A stretch of DNA of 42,040 bases from Pilosibacter sp. (GCA_045647085.1 JAZRLX010000201.1:1-42040), one strand, 5' to 3'; shown: positions 20,105 through 29,755, counted from the stretch's first letter. Notes: generated by a model not told the origin, from the letters alone. Program-made: numbers and translations.

Positions 20105-20124
20105 ACATATCGGTTGTAAGACCT

Positions 20125-20207
20125 GCCGGCATGGCGGAATGGCAGACGCATCAGACTCAAAATCTGACGGGGGTGACTTCGTGCGAGTTCGAGTCTCGCT
20201 GCCGGCA
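20125..20207 (+). tRNA. tRNA-Leu (anticodon CAA), CCA not encoded
   Basis: acceptor GCCGGCA/TGCCGGC plus A73, D arm GCGGAATGGCAGACGC, anticodon arm TCAGA-CTCAAAA-TCTGA, long variable arm, T arm GCGAG-TTCGAGT-CTCGC. Confidence 0.97.
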
Positions 20208-20211
20208 TACT

Positions 20212-20255
20212 AACGTCAAGAGTTTGTGTATACAAGCTTTTGGCGTTTTATTTTT
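20212..20255 (+). terminator. intrinsic terminator after the tRNA
   Basis: 16-bp stem with G-U pairs, AACGTCAAGAGTTTGT/ACAAGCTTTTGGCGTT, then TTATTTTT. Confidence 0.75.
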
Positions 20256-20283
20256 ATTCACATGGTAAATTGTGAAAGTGGCG

Positions 20284-20309
20284 AAAAGGCAGAAACAATC
20301 TGCCTTTTT
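20284..20309. terminator. second, possibly bidirectional, terminator-like hairpin
   Basis: AAAAGGCAGA-AACAA-TCTGCCTTTT. Confidence 0.6.
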
Positions 20310-20335
20310 AATTGTCAATATTATACAAATGTATG

Positions 20336-20364
20336 TTGCTTTTTTTCATGATATGTGTTAAAGT
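20336..20364 (+). promoter_or_regulatory. sigma-A promoter for methionine gamma-lyase
   Basis: TTGCTT-17 bp-TG-n-TAAAGT. Confidence 0.55.
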
Positions 20365-20428
20365 GTATTTGGCGCAAAGAGTATTTGCGTCATAATTATG
20401 TGGGGAAATTACGAAAGGAGTTTTCAAA

Positions 20429-21622
20429 ATGGAAAACAAGAACATGGGCTTTGCAACAAAAGCCATTCACGCTGGTGTACTTGGAAAGAATCCGTATGGC
20501 GTTTTAACAACACCGATCTATCAGTCTTCTACATTCGTATTCGATAACTGTGAGCAGGGTGGTAACCGCTTCGCGCTGAAAGAAGATGGTCATATCTACT
20601 CCCGTCTCGGCAACCCGACAACAGATCTTCTCGAGAGAAAAGTAGCTGCTCTTGAGTGTGGTGAAGCTGCAGTAGCTTTCTCCTCCGGTATGGGCGCTAT
20701 CTCTTCCGTTATGTGGACAATCTGCCGCGCAGGTGCACACGTTATCGCTGACGGTACACTTTACGGCTGTACACACGCTTTATTAGAGCATGGCATGACA
20801 CGCTATGGTGTAGAGGTTTCCTTCGTTGACACAGCTGACCTTGAGGCAGTGAAAGCAGCATTAAAACCGAACACAGTTATGGTATACCTTGAGACACCGG
20901 CTAACCCGAACCTCAAGATTGCTGATATCACAGCAGTAGCTGAGATCGCACATTCTTACAACGCTGACATCAAAGTTGTATGTGATAACACATTCGCAAC
21001 ACCGTACCTTCAGAGACCGATCGAGTTAGGCGCTGACGTTGTTGTTCATTCTGCAACAAAGTACTTAAACGGTCACGGCGATGTTATCGCAGGTCTTGCA
21101 GTAGGTAAGGCTGATCTTATGGCACAGGTTCGTCTCTTTGGTCTCAAAGATATGACAGGTGCTGTACTTGGTCCGCAGGAAGCATTCTTAATTCTCAGAG
21201 GTCTTAAGACATTAGAGCTTCGTGTTCAGAGACATTGCGCAAGTGCTCTTAAAGTAGCTGAGTGGCTTGTAGCTAACGAGAAGGTAGAGAAAGTTTACTT
21301 CCCGGGTCTTGAGTCCCATCCGAACCACGAAGTTGCTAAGAAGCAGATGAGCGGTTTCGGCGGCATGATCTCCTTCGAAGTTAAGGGCGGTAAAGCAGCT
21401 GGTCAGAAACTTTGCGATAGCTTAGAGCTCTGCACACTTGCAGTAAGCCTTGGTGACGCTGAGACATTAATCGAGCATCCGGCTTCCATGACTCACTCTC
21501 CGTATTCTTCCGAAGAGTTAGCAGCAGCTGGTATCCCGGAGGGTCTTATCCGTCTTTCCGTAGGTCTTGAGAACGTTGAAGATATCATCGCTGACCTTGA
21601 GATGGGCTTCGCACAGATCTAA
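20429..21622 (+). CDS. megL: L-methionine gamma-lyase (Cys/Met metabolism PLP enzyme)
   Basis: YSRLGNPT, SSGMGAI, LYGCT (MGL-typical Cys), DNTF, HSATKYLNGH (PLP Lys), AVSLG, HPASMTH. Confidence 0.9.
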   Translation: MENKNMGFATKAIHAGVLGKNPYGVLTTPIYQSSTFVFDNCEQGGNRFALKEDGHIYSRLGNPTTDLLERKVAALECGEAAVAFSSGMGAISSVMWTICRAGAHVIADGTLYGCTHALLEHGMTRYGVEVSFVDTADLEAVKAALKPNTVMVYLETPANPNLKIADITAVAEIAHSYNADIKVVCDNTFATPYLQRPIELGADVVVHSATKYLNGHGDVIAGLAVGKADLMAQVRLFGLKDMTGAVLGPQEAFLILRGLKTLELRVQRHCASALKVAEWLVANEKVEKVYFPGLESHPNHEVAKKQMSGFGGMISFEVKGGKAAGQKLCDSLELCTLAVSLGDAETLIEHPASMTHSPYSSEELAAAGIPEGLIRLSVGLENVEDIIADLEMGFAQI

Positions 21623-21644
21623 TTACATATTTTAACGTTTATTT

Positions 21645-21679
21645 GCCACAGACTGGGGATTCTTAGTCTGTGGCTTTTT
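21645..21679 (+). terminator. intrinsic terminator after megL
   Basis: GCCACAGACTGGG-GATT-CTTAGTCTGTGGC then TTTTT. Confidence 0.85.
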
Positions 21680-21695
21680 GTATGGGGTTTTGCAG

Positions 21696-21724
21696 TTGAA
21701 AATAACTCAAAATTAGTGTATGAT
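21696..21724 (+). promoter_or_regulatory. sigma-A promoter for the zf-HC2/polA operon
   Basis: TTGAAA-17 bp-TATGAT. Confidence 0.65.
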
Positions 21725-21786
21725 GTAAACTAGATTTTTATATCCTAATGCTAGATGACGTGGATTGCGGGAAGGAGCGTGTGATA

Positions 21787-22140
21787 ATGAATTGCAGGGA
21801 AGCAGAAAAACTAGTAGTACCTTATATTAAGGATGAACTTAATATGGATGAATTGGATGATTTTTTAGAACACGTGGAATACTGCGATAATTGCATGGAA
21901 GAACTGGAAATTCATTATATGGTAGATGTGGGTCTTAGAAAATTAGACGAGGATGATGCAGTCTACGATATCGTCGGCGATCTCCAGAGAAAATTGGAAA
22001 GTTCCGCATTTCGTATTCAGCGGTTCTTTACATTCCAGGTGACAAAATATGCAGTTGGCACTTTGATGTCAATGGCAATTTTGGTGTCAGTTCTGCTGCA
22101 GATTCGAGTTTGGCATCAGATGGGATTTTTATTTTTCTAA
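21787..22140 (+). CDS. zf-HC2 (ZAS) anti-sigma-factor-like membrane protein
   Basis: MNC...HVEYCDNC (HxxxCxxC) and one C-terminal TM helix; AAGGAG RBS before ATG 21787. Confidence 0.8.
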   Translation: MNCREAEKLVVPYIKDELNMDELDDFLEHVEYCDNCMEELEIHYMVDVGLRKLDEDDAVYDIVGDLQRKLESSAFRIQRFFTFQVTKYAVGTLMSMAILVSVLLQIRVWHQMGFLFF

Positions 22141-22156
22141 ATAAAGTAGGTGAAAC

Positions 22157-24790
22157 ATGGAAAAACTGGTTTTGATTGATGGACATAGTATTTTGAACCG
22201 TGCATTTTACGGTGTTCCGAATTTGACAAATTCGGAGGGACTTCATACAAATGCCGTGTATGGCTTTTTAAATATTTTGTTTAAGCTGTTGGAGGAAGAA
22301 AAGCCGCAGTACCTCGCGGTGGCATTTGACTTAAAGGCACCGACATTCCGACATACCATGTATAAAGATTATAAAGGAACGAGAAAACCGATGCCTCAGG
22401 AGCTTCATGAACAGGTCCCGCTTATGAAAGAAGTATTGGGTGCCATGGGAGTTCCGATCCTGACAAAAGAAGGATATGAAGCGGATGATGTACTTGGAAC
22501 AGCAGCAAAACGTGCGCAGGCGGACGGATATGAAGTAACAATCGTTTCCGGTGACCGTGATCTGTTACAACTTTCAGATACTCATATTAAGATCAGTATC
22601 CCTAAGACCAGCCGTGGTACAACTGAGGTTCATAATTATTATCCGGACGATGTTGTGCGCGAATATCAGGTGACTCCACAGCAATTTATCGATGTGAAAG
22701 CATTGATGGGTGATACATCTGACAATATTCCGGGTGTTCCATCAGTTGGAGAAAAGACCGCAACCAATCTGATCTTGCAGTATGGATGTGTCGAGGGGGT
22801 TTATGAGCATATCGATGAAGTAAAACCGCCTAGAGCGAAAAAGTCTCTGGAAGAAAATAGAGAGCTTGCAGATCTTTCATATAAACTTGCAAAAATCTGC
22901 ACGGAAGCTCCGATCGAGTTCCGTCCGGAGGATGCGAAGATCGGAGATCTGTATACAAAAGAAGCGTATGAGTTTATGAGCCGCATGGAGTTTAAATCTA
23001 TGTTGGCAAAGTTTGGATCACATGTAAAAGGTGAAGAAGCAAAGCAGCATGAGTTTGTGATCGTGACAGATCTGATCGAAGCCGGAGACTTGTTTGAAAA
23101 GGCTAAGAATGCGGATCATGTCGGTGCTCAGCTGTTGATCGATCAGGGAGTTGTTTCCGGTCTGGCTCTTTGTTTTAGTGAAGAGACTGGCTATGTACTT
23201 CCGTCAGTCGGATTTTTGACCGGAGAATATTTGGCGGAGCAGATGGAAGCCCTTTGTAAACATGGGAATGTTTGGGTTCTCGATCTTAAGAGTCAGCTTC
23301 CGTTTATGAATTTAAGCTATGAAACACTTGTTTATGATGCAGGTGTTGCAGCATACTTATTAAATCCGTTAAAAGACAGTTATGATTATGACGATCTTGC
23401 CAGAGATTATTTAGGACTTACAATTCCCGGAAAGGCTGAGTTATTAAAGAAGATGACCTTTGCTACTGCCTGGGAACAGGATGAAAAAGCATTTCAGACT
23501 TGTGCCGGTTACATTGGTTTTATAGCATATATGGCAGGTAAACCACTGATGGAACGGTTAGAGTCTGAGGAGATGAGAGAGTTATATCTTTCCATGGAAC
23601 TTCCTTTAATCTATGCACTATATCATATGGAAGAAGAAGGTATTGCTGTTCGCAGAGAAGAACTGAAAGCTTATGGAGAAAAGTTAAAAGAAAAAATCGT
23701 AGTTCTGGAACGTGATATCTGGGACATGACAGGATGCGAATTTAATATCAACTCTCCGAAACAGTTAGGTGAAGTTTTATTTGAAAAAATGCAGATCAAA
23801 GGCGGTAAAAAGACGAAAACCGGTTATTCGACAGCTGCTGATGTGCTCGAAAAACTTGCACCGGAATATCCTGTAATCCAAAAGATCTTGGAATACCGTC
23901 AGTACACAAAATTGAATTCCACATATGCAGAGGGACTTGGCGCATATATTGGATCGGATGGAAGGATTCACAGTAAGTTTAATCAGACGATCACTGCAAC
24001 CGGCAGACTTTCCAGTACAGAGCCGAATCTTCAGAATATTCCGGTGCGTATGGAACTGGGAAGAGAAATCCGCAAGGTATTTGTTCCGAAGGAAGGTTAT
24101 GTATTCCTGGATGCTGACTATTCCCAGATTGAACTTCGTGTACTTGCACATATGTCGGATGATGAAAGATTGATCGAGGCTTACAAGAGTGCTCAGGATA
24201 TCCATGCGATCACGGCATCTCAGGTATTCCACGTTCCGCTTGAGGAAGTGACTCCTTTGATCCGTAGAAATGCAAAAGCGGTAAACTTTGGAATTGTCTA
24301 TGGTATCAGTGCTTTTGGTCTCAGTGAGGATCTTAGTATCTCCAGAAAAGAGGCATTGGATTATATCAATCGATATTTTGAAACATATCCGCAGGTTAAG
24401 GCATTTTTGGATAATCTGATCGTTGATGCGAAAGAGCTGGGATATGTGAAGACGATGTTCAATCGCATACGCCCGGTACCGGAATTAAAATCAGCTAACT
24501 TCATGCAGCGATCTTTTGGCGAGCGCGTTGCAATGAACTCTCCGATCCAGGGAACAGCAGCTGACATCATTAAGATCGCTATGATCCGTGTTGATAAGAG
24601 ACTGCGCGAAGAAGGACTGAATTCCCGTCTGATCTTGCAGGTGCACGATGAGCTTCTGATCGAGACATTTATTCCGGAACTGGAAGAAGTGAAAATGATC
24701 CTGGCAGAAGAAATGAGTCAGGCTGTTCAGATGAAGGTGGACCTGGAAATTGATATGCATGACGGAAATAACTGGTTTGAGGCAAAATAA
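22157..24790 (+). CDS. polA: DNA polymerase I
   Basis: 5'-3' exonuclease LIDGHS/EADD/GDTSDNIPGV; polymerase motifs DYSQIELR, AKAVNFGIVYG, QVHDE. Confidence 0.98.
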   Translation: MEKLVLIDGHSILNRAFYGVPNLTNSEGLHTNAVYGFLNILFKLLEEEKPQYLAVAFDLKAPTFRHTMYKDYKGTRKPMPQELHEQVPLMKEVLGAMGVPILTKEGYEADDVLGTAAKRAQADGYEVTIVSGDRDLLQLSDTHIKISIPKTSRGTTEVHNYYPDDVVREYQVTPQQFIDVKALMGDTSDNIPGVPSVGEKTATNLILQYGCVEGVYEHIDEVKPPRAKKSLEENRELADLSYKLAKICTEAPIEFRPEDAKIGDLYTKEAYEFMSRMEFKSMLAKFGSHVKGEEAKQHEFVIVTDLIEAGDLFEKAKNADHVGAQLLIDQGVVSGLALCFSEETGYVLPSVGFLTGEYLAEQMEALCKHGNVWVLDLKSQLPFMNLSYETLVYDAGVAAYLLNPLKDSYDYDDLARDYLGLTIPGKAELLKKMTFATAWEQDEKAFQTCAGYIGFIAYMAGKPLMERLESEEMRELYLSMELPLIYALYHMEEEGIAVRREELKAYGEKLKEKIVVLERDIWDMTGCEFNINSPKQLGEVLFEKMQIKGGKKTKTGYSTAADVLEKLAPEYPVIQKILEYRQYTKLNSTYAEGLGAYIGSDGRIHSKFNQTITATGRLSSTEPNLQNIPVRMELGREIRKVFVPKEGYVFLDADYSQIELRVLAHMSDDERLIEAYKSAQDIHAITASQVFHVPLEEVTPLIRRNAKAVNFGIVYGISAFGLSEDLSISRKEALDYINRYFETYPQVKAFLDNLIVDAKELGYVKTMFNRIRPVPELKSANFMQRSFGERVAMNSPIQGTAADIIKIAMIRVDKRLREEGLNSRLILQVHDELLIETFIPELEEVKMILAEEMSQAVQMKVDLEIDMHDGNNWFEAK

Positions 24791-24793
24791 TTC

Positions 24794-25393
24794 ATGAATA
24801 AAAATAATAAACAGATCATCGGTATCACTGGAGGCGTAGGAGCCGGTAAAAGCAGTGTACTCGATATTTTAAGAAATAGATTCGGTGCCAAAGTCATTCT
24901 GGCAGATCTTGTGGCACATGATCTTATGGAGCCGGGGATGGACGGGCTGAAACGCGTGACAGAAGCACTCGGTACATCATTCATTCTGGAAGATGGTTCT
25001 GTAGATCGTAAGGCATTGGCGGAAATTATATTTAACGATGCAAAGGCTCTTGAGACGATGAACAGTATCATTCATCCGATGGTATGGAAGACCATCAAAG
25101 AGGAAGCCTTGCGGTGCGAAGAGACACTGGTAATCGTGGAAGCTGCGGTATTCGATACAGCTCCGGAAGGACTTTTTGATGAGATGTGGTATGTATATAC
25201 GACCGAAGAGAATCGAATACAGCGTTTGATGGAGAGTCGCGGTTATTCCAGAGAAAAATGTGAGAGTATTATTGCAAAACAAGATTCGGAAGCCGAGTAC
25301 CGTGCAAGATGCGGATATGTGATCGACAATAACGGTAGTGCAGAAGAGACTGAAATGCAGATTAAGGAGATTCTTGGGCATGAGGTTTGTTAG
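24794..25393 (+). CDS. coaE: dephospho-CoA kinase
   Basis: IGITGGVGAGKS, DRKAL, IIHP, IDNNG; follows polA. Confidence 0.93.
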   Translation: MNKNNKQIIGITGGVGAGKSSVLDILRNRFGAKVILADLVAHDLMEPGMDGLKRVTEALGTSFILEDGSVDRKALAEIIFNDAKALETMNSIIHPMVWKTIKEEALRCEETLVIVEAAVFDTAPEGLFDEMWYVYTTEENRIQRLMESRGYSREKCESIIAKQDSEAEYRARCGYVIDNNGSAEETEMQIKEILGHEVC

Positions 25394-26177
25394 TATCGCC
25401 AGTGGAAGCAGCGGAAACTGTATTTATGCCGGAACTGATAATACTCATATTTTGATCGATGCCGGAATCAGTGCAAAAAGAATTGAAAAAGGTTTATTTG
25501 AAGTCGGCTTAAAGCCGAGAGAACTTTCAGGTATCTGTATTACTCACGAACATTCCGACCATATCAAAGGATTAGGCGTGTTGGCAAGAAAATATGAGAT
25601 TCCGATCTATGCGACAGAAGGGACACTGGATGAGATCCGTAAAGTTAAAAGCTTGGGCGAATATCCGGATGAACTGTTAAAACCACTTCGACCTGATGTG
25701 AAGATGACATTAGGAGATCTGGATATTTTACCGTTCCATATTGACCATGACGCAGCGGATCCGGTTGCATACCGCATTCAGTCAGGAAATAAATCGGTTG
25801 CGGTTGCGACAGACCTTGGTCATTATAATCAATATACGATTGATCATCTGTTGGATCTTGATGCGGTTCTTTTGGAATCGAACCATGATCTGCGTATGTT
25901 GGAAACTGGACCATATCCATATTATTTAAAGCGAAGGATCATGGGTAATTTTGGCCATCTTTCCAATGAAAATGCGGGCCGACTTTTGAATTGTATTTTA
26001 AGTGATAAGATGAAGTATGTATTGCTGGGGCATCTTAGTAAAGAGAATAACCTGCCGGAACTGGCTTTTGAAACTGTCAGACTGGAAGTAGATATGGGTG
26101 ATTGTCCATATTGCACTTCTGATTTTCGCATGGCTGTGGCTGACAGGGATGAAATGTCAGAGATTCTGACGATATAA
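25380..26177 (+). CDS. metallo-beta-lactamase-fold hydrolase, YycJ/WalJ-like
   Basis: ASGSSGN, THEHSDH, HDAADP, TDLG, ESNHD, GHLSN, HLSKENN; AAGGAG RBS before ATG 25380. Confidence 0.88.
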   Translation: MRFVSIASGSSGNCIYAGTDNTHILIDAGISAKRIEKGLFEVGLKPRELSGICITHEHSDHIKGLGVLARKYEIPIYATEGTLDEIRKVKSLGEYPDELLKPLRPDVKMTLGDLDILPFHIDHDAADPVAYRIQSGNKSVAVATDLGHYNQYTIDHLLDLDAVLLESNHDLRMLETGPYPYYLKRRIMGNFGHLSNENAGRLLNCILSDKMKYVLLGHLSKENNLPELAFETVRLEVDMGDCPYCTSDFRMAVADRDEMSEILTI

Positions 26178-26194
26178 ATAAAGGAGAAAAATCT

Positions 26195-26467
26195 ATGGAC
26201 AAAGTTATCATTTCAGTCGTGGGAAAGGATACAGTTGGCATTATTGCTGCTATTTGTACATATCTTTCCAAACACAACAGCAATATTCTTGATATTTCCC
26301 AGACGATCGTTAAAGAGTATTTTAATATGCTTATGATCATCGACGGTAGCAAGATGGATGTAACATTTGATGAAATGGTGAATAGTCTCGATGAAATCGG
26401 TGCTGAACTTGGAATGAGCATCAAGTGCCAGAGAGAAGAAATCTTCACAAAAATGCACCGTATTTAA
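26195..26467 (+). CDS. ACT-domain protein, UPF0237-like
   Basis: VVGKDTVGIIA, NILDISQTI, EIFTKMHRI. Confidence 0.9.
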   Translation: MDKVIISVVGKDTVGIIAAICTYLSKHNSNILDISQTIVKEYFNMLMIIDGSKMDVTFDEMVNSLDEIGAELGMSIKCQREEIFTKMHRI

Positions 26468-26481
26468 AGTGGTGAATCGAT

Positions 26482-27120
26482 ATGAGAATATTATTAATCC
26501 GACACGGCAGACAGAATAGTCCGCTTTGTAATGTGGATGTACCGTTGGCAGAGGAGGGGCGCAAACAGGCAGAACTTCTTGGTGAACGATTATTGGGGGA
26601 GCAGATCGATGCTGTGTGGTCTAGTAATTTGATCCGTGCAGTAGAGACTGCAGATATTATCAATGAAAAACTTAAGGTTGCCAGAGTGGTTAGAGAAGAA
26701 CTGAAGGAAATCTCCTTTGGTGATATGGAAGGACTTTCTGATGAAGTGATTGCGGATCGCTATGAAGATTTTCTTCGTGCCAGATCAAAAATGGAAAAAG
26801 ATCTTACATATCCGGGTGGTGAATGTGCATCCGATGTATTGTCACGTACACTTCCTGTAATGAAGGAGATTATGAGTCAAGACTACGAGACTGTTGCCAT
26901 CGTTACCCATGGTGGTGTGATCCGCAGCCTGGTTGCTCATTATCTTAGGATGGATCTTGCTCGTGTACCGCTTTTGTCAACAAACTTGGAAAACTGCGGA
27001 ATTACAGAATTATGGGTCTTCAAACATGATGGACGTGTGATCTTGAATCGATTCAACGATGCGTCTCATCTGGAAAGTTGTCCGGAACTGTTGAGACGCG
27101 GCTGGAAAGGAAAGAAATAA
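26482..27120 (+). CDS. histidine phosphatase (phosphoglycerate mutase-like) family protein
   Basis: IRHG, SSNLIRAVETA, LKEISFG, VTHGG. Confidence 0.9.
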   Translation: MRILLIRHGRQNSPLCNVDVPLAEEGRKQAELLGERLLGEQIDAVWSSNLIRAVETADIINEKLKVARVVREELKEISFGDMEGLSDEVIADRYEDFLRARSKMEKDLTYPGGECASDVLSRTLPVMKEIMSQDYETVAIVTHGGVIRSLVAHYLRMDLARVPLLSTNLENCGITELWVFKHDGRVILNRFNDASHLESCPELLRRGWKGKK

Positions 27121-28307
27121 TGGAGAAGAATGAAATCAGAGATTTATTTGAACGCTTCGCCAAGGAGCAGCCATTGTCTGCAGTCATCAGCGGACAGCAT
27201 GAGAAAAATGACTTTTTTAAAGTGAAAGTTCGTCCAATCCTTTCAGGAGAAAAAGTTTTGATTCAGGCAGAGGAGTTTCGAGGCAAACAGGCATTTCACA
27301 AAAACCTGGAATTGGACGAAGCAGTTTCATATCTGACTGATCTGATGAAGCATTCTTTTAAACAGGCTCAGGTGGAGACAGAGGGATGGAGTGGTCAGCT
27401 GCTTGTTAGTAAAAAAGGAAAAGCATCTGTAAAAATAAAGAATAAAGCAGAAACTACAGTGAAGGGAGCTGCGAAGAATTCTGAATTAGAAGCTGCATGG
27501 AAGAAGGGCTTATCTCACAACCGTAAAAAACGCTATATTATAGAAGAAGGAACTGCAGTTCCGTTCCTTGTTGACCTGGGCGTTCAAACAAAGGATGGAA
27601 AAATTGTAAATTCGCGATATGACAAATTTCGTCAGATTAATCGATTCTTGGAATTTATTGAGGATATCCTTCCGAAGCTGGATAAATCCAGAGAAAATGT
27701 AATTCTTGATTTTGGTTGTGGAAAGTCATATTTGACATTTGCTATGTACCACTACCTGAAAGAGTTAAAGGGATATCCGGTTCGTATCATTGGTCTGGAC
27801 CTGAAGGACGATGTGATCAATAAGTGCAATGATCTTGCACGTAGATATGGTTACGAGAAACTTTCCTTCTATACCGGTGATATTGCATCATATGAAGGAG
27901 TTGATCAAGTTGATATGGTTGTGACTCTTCATGCTTGTGATATAGCAACGGATTATGCTTTAGAAAAAGCCGTTCGTTGGGGGGCAAAGGTAATCCTTTC
28001 TGTTCCGTGCTGTCAGCATGAGTTAAATGCGCAGATGCAGAATGAACTTCTAAAACCGATCTTTCAGTATGGGATTATTAAAGAGCGTACAGCAGCTCTC
28101 TATACAGATGCGATCCGTGCACAGATTTTAGAGTCTGTGGGTTATCGAACTCAGATCTTAGAGTTCATTGATATGGAACATACTCCCAAAAACCTTTTGA
28201 TCCGTGCAATAAAACAGGGAAATCCGAAGGATAATAAAAAAGAGCTGGAAGCAATTATGAAGGAACTTCATATTAAACCGATGTTATATCATCTGTTACA
28301 CGAGTAG
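27120..28307 (+). CDS. class I SAM-dependent methyltransferase of unknown substrate
   Basis: [34 protein letters not shown]; TAATG coupling to the upstream gene. Confidence 0.88.
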   Translation: MEKNEIRDLFERFAKEQPLSAVISGQHEKNDFFKVKVRPILSGEKVLIQAEEFRGKQAFHKNLELDEAVSYLTDLMKHSFKQAQVETEGWSGQLLVSKKGKASVKIKNKAETTVKGAAKNSELEAAWKKGLSHNRKKRYIIEEGTAVPFLVDLGVQTKDGKIVNSRYDKFRQINRFLEFIEDILPKLDKSRENVILDFGCGKSYLTFAMYHYLKELKGYPVRIIGLDLKDDVINKCNDLARRYGYEKLSFYTGDIASYEGVDQVDMVVTLHACDIATDYALEKAVRWGAKVILSVPCCQHELNAQMQNELLKPIFQYGIIKERTAALYTDAIRAQILESVGYRTQILEFIDMEHTPKNLLIRAIKQGNPKDNKKELEAIMKELHIKPMLYHLLHE

Positions 28308-28333
28308 CATTCCGGCGAATTGAGGACAGAAAC

Positions 28334-29698
28334 ATGATAACTAGATTTGAAGTAAATGAAACCAATAAAATGATTGAGCATGACAATCTGGATGTTCGTA
28401 CGATCACATTGGGCATCAGCCTATTGGATTGCTGTGACAATGATCTGGATGTGCTTAATGAAAAAATTTATAAAAAGATTACAGAGACAGCAAAGGATCT
28501 GGTAAAAACTGGAAAAGAGATTGAAAAAGACTTTGGCATACCGATTGTCAACAAGAGAATTTCCGTTACTCCGATCGCACTTGTAGGTGCTTCTGCGTGT
28601 AAGACACCGGATGATTTTGTAACGATTGCAAAGACATTAGATCGAGCAGCGAAAACTGTTGGTGTAAACTTTATCGGTGGTTATTCTGCTCTGGTATCTA
28701 AAGGAATGACAAATGCGGATGTAAATCTAATGCGTTCTATTCCGCAGGCATTAAAGGAGACAGAGTTTGTCTGCAGTTCTGTAAATGTTGGATCAACAAA
28801 GACTGGTCTTAACATGGATGCTGTTCGTTTGATGGGCGAAGTTGTAATAGAGACAGCGGAACTTACGAAAGAAAATGACTGCATTGGTTGTGCAAAATTG
28901 GTGGTTTTCTGTAATGCTCCTGATGACAACCCGTTCATGGCAGGTGCCTTTCATGGTGTGACAGAGGCAGATGCTATTATCAATGTAGGAGTTTCCGGTC
29001 CGGGTGTGGTAAAGACTGCTTTGGAGAGAGTGCGAGGAGAAAATTTTGAGGTTCTCTGTGAAACGATTAAAAAAACAGCATTCAAGATTACACGTGTGGG
29101 ACAGCTTGTTGCACAGGAGGCGTCTTCTCGCCTGGGCATTCCATTCGGTATCATTGATCTCTCACTTGCTCCGACACCGGCGATTGGTGACTCAGTTGCA
29201 GAGATATTAGAGGAGATTGGATTAGAGCGGGTCGGTGCTCCGGGTACAACAGCGGCTCTTGCTATGTTAAATGACCAGGTAAAGAAGGGTGGCGTTATGG
29301 CGTCTTCTTACGTGGGAGGTCTTTCTGGTGCATTCATTCCGGTCTGCGAAGATCAAGGAATGATTGATTCCGTGCTCTTAGGCGCCCTGACACTGGAAAA
29401 ACTGGAAGCTATGACATGCGTTTGTTCCGTAGGTCTTGATATGATCGCAATCCCGGGGGATACTTCTGCGTCTACAATTTCGGGTATTATTGCAGATGAA
29501 GCGGCTATCGGTATGATCAATCAAAAGACAACCGCAGTACGTCTGATCCCGGTAATCGGTAAAGGCGTGGGAGAGAGTGTAGAGTTTGGAGGTCTCCTTG
29601 GACATGCACCTATCATGCCAGTGAATCCGTTTAGCTGCGAAAAGTTTGTATCCAGGACCGGAAGAATACCGGCTCCAATCCATAGCTTTAAGAATTAA
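28334..29698 (+). CDS. UPF0210 / DUF711 'PFL family' protein
   Basis: 454 aa; [56 protein letters not shown]. Confidence 0.9.
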   Translation: MITRFEVNETNKMIEHDNLDVRTITLGISLLDCCDNDLDVLNEKIYKKITETAKDLVKTGKEIEKDFGIPIVNKRISVTPIALVGASACKTPDDFVTIAKTLDRAAKTVGVNFIGGYSALVSKGMTNADVNLMRSIPQALKETEFVCSSVNVGSTKTGLNMDAVRLMGEVVIETAELTKENDCIGCAKLVVFCNAPDDNPFMAGAFHGVTEADAIINVGVSGPGVVKTALERVRGENFEVLCETIKKTAFKITRVGQLVAQEASSRLGIPFGIIDLSLAPTPAIGDSVAEILEEIGLERVGAPGTTAALAMLNDQVKKGGVMASSYVGGLSGAFIPVCEDQGMIDSVLLGALTLEKLEAMTCVCSVGLDMIAIPGDTSASTISGIIADEAAIGMINQKTTAVRLIPVIGKGVGESVEFGGLLGHAPIMPVNPFSCEKFVSRTGRIPAPIHSFKN

Positions 29699-29714
29699 AA
29701 TTTTTTAATGATCT

Positions 29715-29753
29715 AAAAAAACGGCCATTGTATCTCTACATTGGCCGTTTTTT
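29715..29753. terminator. bidirectional terminator between convergent genes
   Basis: A6-ACGGCCATTGTA-TCTC-TACATTGGCCGT-T5, one mismatch in the stem. Confidence 0.85.
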
Positions 29754-29755
29754 CT

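Noticed and set aside
1404-20207. functional clustering of miaA/miaB with a substrate tRNA (Leu-CAA has A36-A37-A38)
   Set aside because: It is a plausible substrate, but the genes are more than 11 kb apart in separate transcription units; likely coincidence.
20370-20388. sigma-54 promoter (TGGCGC...TTGC) for megL
   Set aside because: The GG-to-GC spacing is 4 nt too long for a -24/-12 promoter; the sequence is better explained as a hairpin.
20256-20428. SAM (S-box) riboswitch or T-box upstream of megL
   Set aside because: No S-box core or T-box GGTGGTACC motif; the terminator-like hairpin lies upstream of the predicted promoter.
20125-21679. tRNA-Leu as the integration site of an island carrying megL
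   Set aside because: No integrase, no duplicated tRNA 3' end seen, and megL codon style matches native highly expressed genes.
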